From NCBI GenBank assembly GCA_965213705.1, contig OZ243913.1:1120001-1184000 (forward strand): a stretch of DNA of 64,000 nt, in the 5' to 3' direction. Origin of the DNA: Trueperaceae bacterium. Lineage in GTDB: Bacteria; Deinococcota; Deinococci; Deinococcales; Trueperaceae. This document shows positions 9,519 to 19,331 of this stretch, piece after piece. How positions within the stretch are numbered: the stretch's first letter is position 1; each line of letters opens with the position of its first letter. The translations under genes and the position numbers were made by a program. The notes beneath the pieces were generated by a model. It had not been told where the DNA came from. It worked only from the letters and a program-made list of their open reading frames with translations, and searched no databases.

Positions 9519-9974
9519 TTGCAGATTCGCGAAGACGACCTGACGGGGACCAGGATTACCGACTTTTTGCGCGAACACCTCGAGAACATGTTCGAGATTA
9601 CGCCGCCCGAAAGCGTCCACGCGCTCGGTCTGGAAGCCCTGCGCGCGCCCAGCATCACCTTCTGGTCGGTGTGGGAAGAGGACGATCTGCTCGGTTGCGG
9701 CGCGCTGAAGGAACTCGACCCTGAAAACGGCGAAGTCAAGTCCATGCGAACGGTGGTAGCCCACCGCGGCAAGGGCGTGGCCTCACGCGTGCTCGAGCAC
9801 GTCCTCCAAGAAGCGCGGCGGCGGGGGTACGAGTCGCTGTATTTAGAAACCGGCGCGATGCCGGAATTCGCTCCGGCTCGCAACTTGTACCTGCGCTACG
9901 GGTTCGAGGTTTGCGGTCCCTTCGCCGACTACGGCGACGACCCGAACAGCGTGTTCATGACGAGGAGGGTTTAG
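9519..9974 (+). CDS. GNAT-family N-acetyltransferase (YedL-like)
   Basis: PPESVHAL, GEVKSMRT, RGKGVA, LYLETG, DPNSVFM; GAGGAGG RBS before the TTG. Confidence 0.9.
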   Translation: MQIREDDLTGTRITDFLREHLENMFEITPPESVHALGLEALRAPSITFWSVWEEDDLLGCGALKELDPENGEVKSMRTVVAHRGKGVASRVLEHVLQEARRRGYESLYLETGAMPEFAPARNLYLRYGFEVCGPFADYGDDPNSVFMTRRV

Positions 9975-10037
9975 GGGCTCGAGGGTGTGTCTGGAAAAGC
10001 CCTTACCCCCGCCTGACGACTAGCAGCTCCAAAAGTG

Positions 10038-10118
10038 AGTGAGACGGACGTCTCACCACGCAAGTCCAGAGGCGGACCCCACCGGCCCAAAGGGCCACCT
10101 CCCCTAAAATGGGAGGTG
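10038..10118. repeat. Cluster of intergenic hairpins (REP-like)
   Basis: gtgagacg-ga-cgtctcac; ggccc-aaa-gggcc; cacctccc-ctaaaat-gggaggtg. Confidence 0.55.
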
Positions 10119-10209
10119 AAGTCAAGACCCGTTTGTCTCAATGCTATACCCTTGTTGTTTTGCCAATGCGTCCCGTAATTCGTTGGAGTGGCCGAGTGTC
10201 ACGAAGCCG

Positions 10210-10563
10210 TTATTCTGCTCGCACCTCGTCCGGCTCCGGGTCAGTTTCAAACTGAACCGCGCCGATGTTTTTCAGGCCGAGCAACCACGCTTTTCCCAGC
10301 CGGTGCCCACCGTCCATCAAATAACCTTCAGCCGACAAGATAATCGGGTGGGATAAGTCAGCCTCATAAATTCGTTTAGCGTGAGCCGCAACGGCTCTAC
10401 AAGTCGGTACGTCGTTTGCGTCGAACCAACAATTCTGGTCGAACTCGGCAATGCTCTCGACGGGAACGGACTTGACGGGCAAGTGTTCGACAAGCTGCCA
10501 AAGCCGTTCCGTGAACCAAACATAGCGTCCGTTCGGCGTCAGCCGTGAGTGTTTTTGCGCCAC
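10210..10563 (-). CDS. Small ParB/Srx-fold-like hypothetical protein
   Basis: ADLSHPIIL...LMDGGHRLGKA motif; TAAAAT -10 box 7 nt before the GTG. Confidence 0.7.
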   Translation of the reverse strand: MAQKHSRLTPNGRYVWFTERLWQLVEHLPVKSVPVESIAEFDQNCWFDANDVPTCRAVAAHAKRIYEADLSHPIILSAEGYLMDGGHRLGKAWLLGLKNIGAVQFETDPEPDEVRAE

Positions 10564-10645
10564 GTCCCCGATTTTAGCGCACCGACTTGTGCGACGCGAA
10601 ATCGCCTCCCCGTGACTTGTTCGGCCCAACGGTGGTTTCCAAGCG

Positions 10646-10977
10646 TCACGGCAAACCCAACCAGGTTCGCAAAGAGTTCTCGAGTTCGTCGGCGTCCGTG
10701 TCGTTCAACCGTCCGACGCGCTTCCTGACGAGCGTCCCTTTTATCGTGTAAATCCCGCGTTTGACAGCCGTTTCTACGTTCAGGCCCGCTGCTCTCCACT
10801 CGGTTAAAACGAACTCGCCCGCCAGCAGACTGCTCGTTTTGCTCGTCAAGGCGACGACAAACAAATCTTGTGAGCTGTGGGGGCGTTGCTGACGACTGCC
10901 GGTCTGACTTTGGCGCTCGTTAAGTCCGAAAAAGGGTAACGGACAAGTACGACTTCATGTCTCGAGTAGCTCGGCAT
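10646..10977 (-). pseudogene. MazF/PemK toxin, frameshifted
   Basis: N-half (VVLVRYPFSDLTSAKVRPAVV) and C-half (FVVALTS...WRAAGLN...VGRL) lie in different frames; break near 10875-10890. Confidence 0.8.
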
Positions 10978-11158
10978 AAATGTCATCCCCTGCGTTGTCC
11001 CAAACCTCGTCCAACGACGCGGAGCTTGCCGCTTGCCAGAAGTCGGCCTCATCCTCAACCAGCAGCGTCACCAGAGCCCGAGTCCCTTCCGGCGCGTCGA
11101 CTTTGTCGAGCGTTTCGATGCGTCCGCCCTGAACGACGGCCCAAACCGTACTCGGCAT
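10955..11158 (-). CDS. Antitoxin partner of the MazF-like gene
   Basis: 67 aa with an acidic C-terminus (LDEVWDNAGDDIY); overlaps the toxin start. Confidence 0.75.
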   Translation of the reverse strand: MPSTVWAVVQGGRIETLDKVDAPEGTRALVTLLVEDEADFWQAASSASLDEVWDNAGDDIYAELLET

Positions 11159-11327
11159 AGTTATCACCTCACGAAAAACAGTTTACAGCAGGCCGGGGAG
11201 AATGATGAGAAAAAGCCGGACAGCTCAGCTCGAGGTTGAAAGGTATCTCGCACAAACCTCTCCTCACCGGGTAGACTGAATTCTTTTGCCGACGATCGAG
11301 AAAGTCTCGGCTTCGGGTGGCACGCTG

Positions 11328-12221
11328 TCATCCCACTAGGCTCGAATCCAGACCCTCGAGCAACTCCCCAAGCTCTTTCGCAACCTCGTCGCTCACGTCC
11401 AGCAGCGGCGCTCTGGGATTGCCCGCCGTTTTCCCTTGCGACCGCAGCGCCGCCTTGAGCCCCGGCACGCCGTACTTGCTCGTCACCGCAACGGCCAGCG
11501 GGTTGAGGGCGAGCTGAAGTCGCCGCGCTTCTGTCAGGTTGCCGTCTTGAAAACAGGCCAGGATTTTTTTGTAACCCCGCGCCGCAACGTTGGCGACCGC
11601 CAGAATGCCGCCCCGCGCGCCGAGCGACAGGGCGGGGAGCAGCGTCGGCGCGCTGCCGGTCAACACGGTAAAACCGTCCGGCACCTGCCGCATCGTTTCG
11701 GTCAAGGCCGTGACGTTGCCTGAGGAGTCCTTCATCCCCACGATGTTCTCGTGCCGCGCGAGCTTGGTTATGAGGGCGGGGGAGAGGGCGAAGCCGGTAA
11801 CTTGCGGGATGTTGTAGAGCAGCAGGGGCAGCGGGCTCTCGTCGGCGACGCGGGTGTAGTGCGTCTCGAGCACCGCGTCGGTCATCGAGCCTCGGAAGTA
11901 AAAGGGGGCGACGACGAGGGCGAAGTCCGCGCCCGAGTCGGCGGCCTCGGCGTTGCGTTCAATCACAAGCCGGGTCGTCTCGCCGCCGGTGCTGACGAGC
12001 ATGGGTTTGTCATTGGGAATAGCCTTCCGCGCCACCCTCACCACCTCACGGCGTTCGGCCTCGCTCAAAAAGGCCGCCTCGCCGTTGCTGCCTAAAATCA
12101 GAAAACCGTCGACTTCGGGCTCGAGCGCGTGCAGCAAGGTCTCGAGGGCTCCCTCGTCAACCTCTCCAATGGCGGTGAACGGCGTCGGGGCGGGCGGGAT
12201 GATGCCGGTGAGCTGGGTCAT
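11328..12221 (-). CDS. Dihydrodipicolinate synthase-family aldolase
   Basis: GSNGE, LYNIP and GMKDSSG motifs. Confidence 0.9.
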   Translation of the reverse strand: MTQLTGIIPPAPTPFTAIGEVDEGALETLLHALEPEVDGFLILGSNGEAAFLSEAERREVVRVARKAIPNDKPMLVSTGGETTRLVIERNAEAADSGADFALVVAPFYFRGSMTDAVLETHYTRVADESPLPLLLYNIPQVTGFALSPALITKLARHENIVGMKDSSGNVTALTETMRQVPDGFTVLTGSAPTLLPALSLGARGGILAVANVAARGYKKILACFQDGNLTEARRLQLALNPLAVAVTSKYGVPGLKAALRSQGKTAGNPRAPLLDVSDEVAKELGELLEGLDSSLVG

Positions 12222-12316
12222 GAGCGTTATTTTAGCAGCCCGGCCGGAAAGCGGGAAAAGGCAAAAGCGGCAAATGCGACAGGCCTACCCACGCGGTCAC
12301 GTTACGCTGAGCCCTT

Positions 12317-13183
12317 ATGGAACCCGACAGCAACACCGCTCGCCTGCTCATCTCCTGCCCGGACAAACCCGGCATCGTGGCCGCCGTGTCGCAGTTTTTG
12401 TACACCCACGGCGCGAACGTGCTCGGCGCGGCGCAGCACTCGACCGACCCGACCGGCGGCACCTTTTTTATGCGCATGGTGTTTTACTTAGAAGACCTGG
12501 ACGTGAGTCGGGCGCAGTTGGAACGCGCTTTTGGGGAGGTCGTCGCCAAGCCCTTCGACATGACCTGGCGCGTCGCTTACGCCGACACGCGCAAACGGAT
12601 GGCGGTGCTGGTCTCTAAGTACGACCACGCCCTCGTCGAGCTGCTGTGGCGGCAGCGCAGCGGCGAGTTAGCGCTCGAGATTCCCTTCGTCGTTTCGAAC
12701 CATGAGGACTTGCGCCCGCTGGTCGAGTCGTTCGGCATTTCTTACCACCACCTGCCGGTCAGCAAAGACACCAAGGCCGAGCAGGAGGCGCAAGTTCTGG
12801 AGATGTTCAAAAACCGGGTCGACCTCGTCGTGCTGGCGCGCTACATGCAAATTTTGTCCCCGGACTTCGTCGCGCCGTACCGGGGGCGGCTCATCAACAT
12901 CCACCACTCGTTTCTGCCCGCTTTCGTCGGCGCAAACCCCTACAAGCACGCTTACGAACGCGGCGTCAAACTCATCGGGGCGACCGCGCACTACGTCACC
13001 GAAGACCTGGACCAAGGCCCCATCATCGAGCAGGACGTGCGCCGCGTGTCGCACCGAGACAACGTGGCTGACCTCGTCAAAATCGGCCGCGAGATAGAGC
13101 GCACCGTGCTGGCGCGGGCCGTCGCCGCACACGTCGAGGACAGGATTTTGGTGCACGGGAACAAGACGGTGGTGTTCGAGTGA
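12317..13183 (+). CDS. purU: Formyltetrahydrofolate deformylase
   Basis: N-terminal ACT domain (CPDKPGIVA); [33 protein letters not shown]. Confidence 0.96.
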   Translation: MEPDSNTARLLISCPDKPGIVAAVSQFLYTHGANVLGAAQHSTDPTGGTFFMRMVFYLEDLDVSRAQLERAFGEVVAKPFDMTWRVAYADTRKRMAVLVSKYDHALVELLWRQRSGELALEIPFVVSNHEDLRPLVESFGISYHHLPVSKDTKAEQEAQVLEMFKNRVDLVVLARYMQILSPDFVAPYRGRLINIHHSFLPAFVGANPYKHAYERGVKLIGATAHYVTEDLDQGPIIEQDVRRVSHRDNVADLVKIGREIERTVLARAVAAHVEDRILVHGNKTVVFE

Positions 13184-13194
13184 AGGCGGAAGGC

Positions 13195-13236
13195 GAAAAG
13201 TACCGAGGACCGAGTGAAAAGTACCGAGTGGAAAGT
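13195..13236 (+). repeat. Intergenic short tandem repeat built from AAAGTACCGAGT/GTACCGA units (copy 1)
   Basis: gaaaagtaccgaggaccgagtgaaaagtaccgagtggaaagt. Confidence 0.75.
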
Positions 13237-13344
13237 CAAGGGCCTCCGCTCGAGGGTTTCCTACAAGCTACAGGCCTCGAGCCATAAGCCTCTACTCGTG
13301 AAGTGGGGTAGACTCGAGCCATACTCACTTGGAAGAGGTCTGCC

Positions 13345-13887
13345 ATGAAAACCCACACGGTTCAGGTCGGTGCCGAGCGCCGCGAGTTGCCGGTCGTCAA
13401 CGTCGGCGCGGTGTCGGTCGCGCTCCTCAACTTGCTTGGCGATACTAAGCTCACCGAGGCGGCGGCCGACGAACTCGCCGCCAAGCTGCCCGAGGGCGTC
13501 GACATCCTCGTCACGCCCGAGGTCAAGGCGATTCCGCTGGCCCACGCCATCAGCGTGCGCACCGGCATCCCTTACGTGGTCGCGCGCAAAACCGAAAAAC
13601 CCTACATGGTGAACGCGGTGAGCAAAACGGTGCTGTCGATTACCACCGGCAAGCCGCAACTGCTCGTCATCGACGGGTCGAATTTGGACCAGCTTAAAAA
13701 CAAGCGCGTCGCCATCATCGACGACGTGGTGAGTACCGGCGGCACGCTGACCGGGTTGAGCGAACTCCTGCAAGAAATCGGGGCCGAGGTCGTGGCGACG
13801 CTCGTCGTCTTTACCGAGGGCGACGACCGCGACGACGTGATTGCGCTCGGGCACTTGCCGCTCTATCCGAAAGAGGCCGGAGTCTGA
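13345..13887 (+). CDS. Adenine/purine phosphoribosyltransferase-family protein
   Basis: [17 protein letters not shown]-binding loop and ARK motif. Confidence 0.88.
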   Translation: MKTHTVQVGAERRELPVVNVGAVSVALLNLLGDTKLTEAAADELAAKLPEGVDILVTPEVKAIPLAHAISVRTGIPYVVARKTEKPYMVNAVSKTVLSITTGKPQLLVIDGSNLDQLKNKRVAIIDDVVSTGGTLTGLSELLQEIGAEVVATLVVFTEGDDRDDVIALGHLPLYPKEAGV

Positions 13888-14082
13888 ACCCTTGACACGA
13901 TGGCAGCGGGCTTTAGCACTCATGCCCCCTGAAAACTACGTCACCGACGCGCGTTGACTCGAGCTTTTCCAGCCATTTTAAGTCTCCCGATATGCTAAGC
14001 TAACCAGTTACCACAGGCTCCCCTGAGGTCGCGCTGTCGTTTCAAAGCGGCGTGCGCGCCGTTTCCGCGTCCAGGAGCAGAC

Positions 14083-15924
14083 ATGTCGCTCGATGCCAAA
14101 GAGCAAATCAGGCAGCGCCTCGACATCGCCGAGGTCGTCGGTGACGTTGTCGCGCTGAAACCTGCCGGACGCGGGCAGCTCAAAGGCTTGTGTCCCTTTC
14201 ACAACGAAAAAACGCCGTCGTTCCACGTCCACCAGGACCGCGGTTTTTATTACTGCTTCGGCTGTCAGGCCAAGGGCGACCTGTTCGACTTCGTGATGCA
14301 AACGCAAGGGGTGGACTTTTTCGAGGCGCTGCAAAGCTTAGGCGTGCGCGCCGGGATAGAGGTCACGCCGCAGACGCCCAGGGACAGCCGTCGCCGCGAC
14401 TTGTTTGAAGTCAACGCGCTGGCGCTGGCTTTTTTCAGGACGCAGCTCGAGGCCCACGCCCCTCTCGCCAAAAGCTATCTTCTCAACCGGAGGCTTAGCG
14501 AGGCGAGTTTGGACACCTTCGAACTCGGCTACGCCCCCGACAGTTGGGACGCGCTCCTCAAACACGCCCTCACCAAAGGGGTGAGTGACGCCGACCTGTT
14601 GGACGCCGGACTCGTGCGCGAGAGCGACGCGGGCCGCCGCTACGACTATTTTCGCAACCGCATCATGTTTCCCATCAAGGACTACCTCGGCCGCGTGGTC
14701 GGCTTTTCGGGGCGGGTGCTGGACGATTCAATGCCCAAGTACCTCAACACGAGCGAGACGGACATCTTCAAAAAAGGTGAACTGCTCTACGGCCTCGACC
14801 TCGCCAAAACCGCGATTCGCGCCTCGGGTGAGGCGCTCGTGGTCGAAGGCTACATGGACGTTATCGCGCTGCACCAAACGGGGTTCGACACGGCGGTCGC
14901 TGCTTTGGGCGCGACGCTCACCGCCGACCAAGCCGCGCAACTGAGCCGCCTGGACGTGCAAAAGCTCTACCTCGCCTTCGACGCGGACGAGGCGGGGCAG
15001 CGGGCGATTTTGTCGGGCCTCGAGCAGTCCGTAGGACGGCAGTTCTTAGTGCGCGCGGTGCGCGTGCCGCACGGCAAAGACCCGGCGGACGCGGTGCTCG
15101 GCGGACACGTCGCAGAGTTCCGTGCCGCCTTGAGCGAAGGTTTGTCGGAGGTCGAATTTCGCTTTACCAGCACCCTCGGCAAGTACGACCGCAGCACGCT
15201 GGACGGCAAAAAGGCCATCCTCAACGACCTGCTGCCGGTGCTGCGCCCGCGCGACGTGTTCGACCCGGTCGCCGCCGAGATGCGCCGACTCGTCATCGAC
15301 AAGCTCAGAATCGAACCCGCGCGACTCGACGACTGGATCAACAGCAAGCGCCAGCGCCGACTGGACGACACGCAAATCAAGGGGATGGAGCGCAAACGCT
15401 TCAACCCCACGCAGGTCGCGGTCATCGAACTCGAAGTCATCGCGCTGCTGCTGCTCGAGCCCGGCCTGTTGAGAAAGCGCCTCGAGTACGTCCAGTCGTC
15501 GCTGCCGCCCTCGATGGAAGACTCGGTCTTAAAAGAGTTTCAGGAGATTTGCGAGACCTGCCGCTATGACGACCAGCAGATTCTCTCCAGGTACCGCGAG
15601 CGCGACGAGGGGCGCATCCTGTTCGAACGCTTGTTCACCCAGGCCGAGGACGAGGACATGCGCATCGACGTGGAAATGCAAATCGACAAGTCCCTGTCCC
15701 GGCTGCGCGAGATGTACTTGGACGGCGCGAAGGAGAACCAGCGGGCGCACTTGCTCGAGCGCATGGAAGAGGTCAGCCGCTTTCTCACCGACCCGAATCT
15801 GCCCACCGACAAGCTAAAGCACTACTACGCCGAACTGAAAGAGATTCACTCGATGCTGGCGGCGCGCGACGCCGAACGCAGAATTCAGCGGGTGCCGGCG
15901 AATTTTAGAAACAAGAAACGCTAG
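14083..15924 (+). CDS. dnaG: DNA primase
   Basis: Zinc finger CPFH...CFGC; RIMFPI, KYLNTSET; TOPRIM motifs VEGYMD and FDADEAG. Confidence 0.97.
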   Translation: MSLDAKEQIRQRLDIAEVVGDVVALKPAGRGQLKGLCPFHNEKTPSFHVHQDRGFYYCFGCQAKGDLFDFVMQTQGVDFFEALQSLGVRAGIEVTPQTPRDSRRRDLFEVNALALAFFRTQLEAHAPLAKSYLLNRRLSEASLDTFELGYAPDSWDALLKHALTKGVSDADLLDAGLVRESDAGRRYDYFRNRIMFPIKDYLGRVVGFSGRVLDDSMPKYLNTSETDIFKKGELLYGLDLAKTAIRASGEALVVEGYMDVIALHQTGFDTAVAALGATLTADQAAQLSRLDVQKLYLAFDADEAGQRAILSGLEQSVGRQFLVRAVRVPHGKDPADAVLGGHVAEFRAALSEGLSEVEFRFTSTLGKYDRSTLDGKKAILNDLLPVLRPRDVFDPVAAEMRRLVIDKLRIEPARLDDWINSKRQRRLDDTQIKGMERKRFNPTQVAVIELEVIALLLLEPGLLRKRLEYVQSSLPPSMEDSVLKEFQEICETCRYDDQQILSRYRERDEGRILFERLFTQAEDEDMRIDVEMQIDKSLSRLREMYLDGAKENQRAHLLERMEEVSRFLTDPNLPTDKLKHYYAELKEIHSMLAARDAERRIQRVPANFRNKKR

Positions 15925-15935
15925 ACACTTTTTCT

Positions 15936-17615
15936 TCAAACGAAAACTTGCGCGCTCGAGCGCTTTCCTTTGTAATATCTTCGGTCTCTAAGAAGTTGCG
16001 CCGCTTCCCTCAAAATTCGAGTATCTTTCGAAGGTAGGCCGAAGAGCTTCTCGAGAATGAGGGTGTTAACCAACTCTCTCGCCGTTTGTTCGCAACCTTG
16101 GCGCAGTAAGCTGTCTACTTCAAGAAAGGCTTTATCAAACGCTTCAGTTCTTTCAGGGCTGGCGATGAGGACGTTTTTGGCTTCGCTGGGCTCGAGCTTC
16201 AACATGCCGCCGCCGAGCGCGTGGCCCTCGAGTTCTACACTTAAAGAGGTCAGTGACGTTTGCCACAGCAAGGCTAAGTCGTGGGCCGAAAACGGGACTC
16301 CGTCACGGAGCCGAACGGCGTGAAGGCTATTGGGGGTGACGGCCTCGGCGTCGTTAGCGACGAGCTGCGGCCTGAGTCCACTCATGTAGGTCAAAAAAGC
16401 GTCCGGCCGGTAAACGTGCGGCACGGCGTACCAGGGTGAGCGGACGCGGCACTTATACGCCTTGTGGACACCTCGAGCTTCACCCTTTTCGATGTAGGTT
16501 TTTACCGGCTTGGACAACCTCTTTTTGCCAGATAAGTCTAAGAGGTAGCCCGCTTCACCCCCTTTTTCCGCCTCGCCCCAGTCTCGTTTTGAAAAGTGTA
16601 AGCCGTCGAGCGTACGGCTTCGGTACACGGCTGGGGTGAGATAGGCGGGGGTTATGTTCTGCTTTTTCGCCTCCGCTTTGTTCAGATGAAAGAAGCCGTT
16701 ACCGCCTGTCACGTAGCCTATGCCCACCTCCGCAAAGTCTCCAAGCCGTTTTGTGAGTCCGCTTTTGGAGAGTTTTTCGTAGAGACTTCGCGCCTCTTCC
16801 GAAAGCCAGTAGGAGGCGAGCGTCGTGCGCCCACTTACGATGGCCTCTACGTTGACTTCGGCAGCGTGTGTGAGGTTTGCAGTTGTGTTTGTGCGCGTGA
16901 GGTCGGCGACGCTTTCCAGGTCGGCGAGAAACAGGTTGCCGGATTTACCTTTATCTTCGGCCAGCAAAAGCAAGGTGTCTTGGCTAAGGTCGGGAAACAA
17001 GCGCTCTTTGAACGTCAGCAGCGTTGTACGACCAAAGTTCTCTGCGACGTACTTCAGCACGGGCCTGGCATAGGCGGCGTGGCCGATTTCGACCGGAATG
17101 ACCATTGCGAGGCGGCCTCCTTGCTTCAAAATGAAGCAACTATGAACCAAAAAAGGAGCCCAGGAACTCACGAGCTTGTTGAGCGCTACGCCTTGACGTT
17201 CAGCTCGGCGTAGCGCCAGTTGCCGGTCTTCGCCGTTAAAACTTTGATAGCGAATAAAGGGCGGATTGCCGACGACGGCGTCTACCGGTTTCAGCGTTTT
17301 TGGCGTGACCTGAAAAAAATCTGCACGTAGAAGGTTTTTGGTTTTAACCCTGTAAAGAAGCGAAAGCTCGTAGGCTATCTGCCTGTGAACCTGCTCGTCT
17401 ATCTCGACACCGTAGACTTGGTTTGAATAGTTCCCTCCAAGGTGCTCGAGGCGTTTTAGAGCGGCCTCGAGGAACACGCCGCCCCCAAAACTGGGGTCCA
17501 GCACCGTTTCCGACGGGGCGCGAACGGCCCAGCCGACGAGAAAGTCCGCTATTCGTTGGTCGGTGTAGTAAGCGCCGAGCCGTTTGGCTCGTAAACCGCG
17601 AGGAGGGTCGGCCAC
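15936..17615 (-). CDS. Orphan gamma-class N6-adenine DNA methyltransferase (TaqI/PaeR7I/Eco57I-like architecture)
   Basis: GAYYT, LDPSFGGGVF, VGNPPF, GIGYVTG; extended -10 TGtTAAACT 6 nt before the GTG. Confidence 0.88.
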   Translation of the reverse strand: MADPPRGLRAKRLGAYYTDQRIADFLVGWAVRAPSETVLDPSFGGGVFLEAALKRLEHLGGNYSNQVYGVEIDEQVHRQIAYELSLLYRVKTKNLLRADFFQVTPKTLKPVDAVVGNPPFIRYQSFNGEDRQLALRRAERQGVALNKLVSSWAPFLVHSCFILKQGGRLAMVIPVEIGHAAYARPVLKYVAENFGRTTLLTFKERLFPDLSQDTLLLLAEDKGKSGNLFLADLESVADLTRTNTTANLTHAAEVNVEAIVSGRTTLASYWLSEEARSLYEKLSKSGLTKRLGDFAEVGIGYVTGGNGFFHLNKAEAKKQNITPAYLTPAVYRSRTLDGLHFSKRDWGEAEKGGEAGYLLDLSGKKRLSKPVKTYIEKGEARGVHKAYKCRVRSPWYAVPHVYRPDAFLTYMSGLRPQLVANDAEAVTPNSLHAVRLRDGVPFSAHDLALLWQTSLTSLSVELEGHALGGGMLKLEPSEAKNVLIASPERTEAFDKAFLEVDSLLRQGCEQTARELVNTLILEKLFGLPSKDTRILREAAQLLRDRRYYKGKRSSAQVFV

Positions 17616-18090
17616 AGCCGAAGTTTAACACTCGTCTTTCGCTTTCCCTCGGCTGTGGACTCAGATGTGGACTCAGGCTGTGCTGTCGGGGACAAGCATT
17701 TCAACGGGTACTTGTTCGACAAGCTTGTTGCGCCGTGGCCGTAACGCGCGACGTAGCTTGTCAACTGCAAGGGCTTTTTGCCCCTGACGTGCAGTCGTGG
17801 TACGCGGTTGCAAAGGCTCGAGGATGGCAAGGCTCGGGTATAGGAAGAGAGACGGAAGGTAAAAAGCCGTTGCAAGACCTCGTCAACCAAAAGCGGGCGC
17901 GCGTCGCCAAGGTTGAAAGTTCGGTCGCCCGGTCGACCGTCTCCGACCGAACCTGCCTCGATGTTGACAAAGTCGTGACTTTTTTGACTGCTGTGAAAAA
18001 GGGCGTCGTTTCCGGCAGGCGTGCGGCTCGCGCCGTGCTGACGGGGCAAAGCAAAGGGCGCGGGCCCCTTGTTTCAGGGCAAACGCGAGA

Positions 18091-18117
18091 TGAGGCGGGT
18101 GAACCGCACCCGCCTCA
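18091..18117. terminator. Perfect 11-bp hairpin downstream of tsaB
   Basis: tgaggcgggtg-aaccg-cacccgcctca; the U-tract is weak. Confidence 0.5.
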
Positions 18118-18158
18118 CTGGTTTGCAGGTTCGGGAGGTGCCGCGCTCGGCGAGACCC

Positions 18159-18725
18159 CTAAAGGTAAACCGGCTCTACCGCTCGAGCCGCGCCGGTGAA
18201 AACCAGTTTTGCCAAGTAACCAGCGTCGGGCGCCGCGTCTTCGAAGTAGGGAAGGTCGGGTTGGCTCGCTCTCAGGGCCGCGCGTTCCCACTTGCCCGCG
18301 CTGACAAGGGTGGTTACGTCCTCGCCCTGGCGGCGGAACACGCCCCCGTAGACGTTGCCGCGCCGGGCGTCCAGGGCGCAGACGCCCGTCTCACCCGCCG
18401 CCAGCGTTTTGGCGGCGACGGCTTGGAGCGTGCCGCCGCCGCCCAGCGGCACGCCGAGCCCACGGGCGAGACCCCGCGCCGCGGCGACGCCCACGCGCAG
18501 CCCGGTGTACGAGCCGGGTCCCAGCCCGACGCCGACGCCTGCAAGCTGTCGTTTGCTCACCCCGGCCTTCCCCAACAAGTTCTCGAGTTCACCCAAAAGG
18601 CGTTCGGCGTGGTCACGGCCGAGCCGTTCCTCAAAACCAGCCAAAACGCCCTGGCTCGGTGACCACAAGGCCAAGGCCAAAAACGGCGTCGCGGTGTCTA
18701 TACCCAAGTAGATACGTTCCGGCAC
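18159..18725 (-). CDS. tsaB: tRNA t6A37 biosynthesis protein TsaB
   Basis: LGIDTAT, HAERL, GPGSYTGLRVG and DARRG motifs. Confidence 0.95.
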   Translation of the reverse strand: MPERIYLGIDTATPFLALALWSPSQGVLAGFEERLGRDHAERLLGELENLLGKAGVSKRQLAGVGVGLGPGSYTGLRVGVAAARGLARGLGVPLGGGGTLQAVAAKTLAAGETGVCALDARRGNVYGGVFRRQGEDVTTLVSAGKWERAALRASQPDLPYFEDAAPDAGYLAKLVFTGAARAVEPVYL

Positions 18726-18920
18726 AAAAGACTATAGCCTAGCCCGGGTCGGTGTTGGCCGTTTGAAAAACACTCACAAGTTCGCGGCGGTCCCGAGGAC
18801 GAGCCCAAAAGCGTCACGGCCAAAGTCGCTTTCCTTGAAAGTACCCGTGCAGCGCCGCACAGGGGAGCGTCGCACAGGGCAGGGCCGACTCAGTGCAGGG
18901 CCGCATGGGTCAAAGCCGAA

Positions 18921-19331
18921 TCAGTGCAGCGTCGCGCGCCTCGTTTCACCGTCGAGGGTGAGTTCGACGTGGAGCGCGTCGGGAAAAACCTCGAGCAGGG
19001 CGTCACCCCATTCGACGACGACGAGTCGGGCGCGCTCCAGGTAGTCCTCCAAACCGAGGTCGAGGAGGGCGGCCGCACTGTTCAGCCGGTACGCGTCTAT
19101 GTGGACGAGGGTGCCTGTCGGTGTCGGGTACTCGTGGACGAGCGTGTAGGTGGGACTGCTGACGTGAGCGGCGCTGCCCAGGGCCGCTCCCAGAGCTTGG
19201 GTGAGCGCCGTCTTGCCCGCGCCCAAAGGCCCGCTCAGGACCAGCAAACTACCGCGGGGCGCGACCGCGACGAGCCGCTGCGCCAGTCGCCGCGTGTCTT
19301 CCAAACTCTCAAGGTCGAACGAGGAGGGCAT
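18921..19331 (-). CDS. tsaE: tRNA t6A37 biosynthesis ATPase TsaE
   Basis: GPLGAGKT, VSSPTYTL, HIDAYRL and VEW motifs. Confidence 0.95.
   Translation of the reverse strand: MPSSFDLESLEDTRRLAQRLVAVAPRGSLLVLSGPLGAGKTALTQALGAALGSAAHVSSPTYTLVHEYPTPTGTLVHIDAYRLNSAAALLDLGLEDYLERARLVVVEWGDALLEVFPDALHVELTLDGETRRATLH

Noticed and set aside
13913..13939. Possible CIRCE (HrcA operator) upstream of dnaG: TTAGCACTC-N9-GAAAACTAC
   Set aside because: The left arm is perfect but the right arm matches only 5 of 9 bases of GAGTGCTAA; too weak to call.
17423..18199. 258-aa plus-strand and 166-aa minus-strand ORFs upstream of the MTase as a cognate endonuclease
   Set aside because: No recognisable nuclease motif; they overlap neighbouring genes and have atypical composition.
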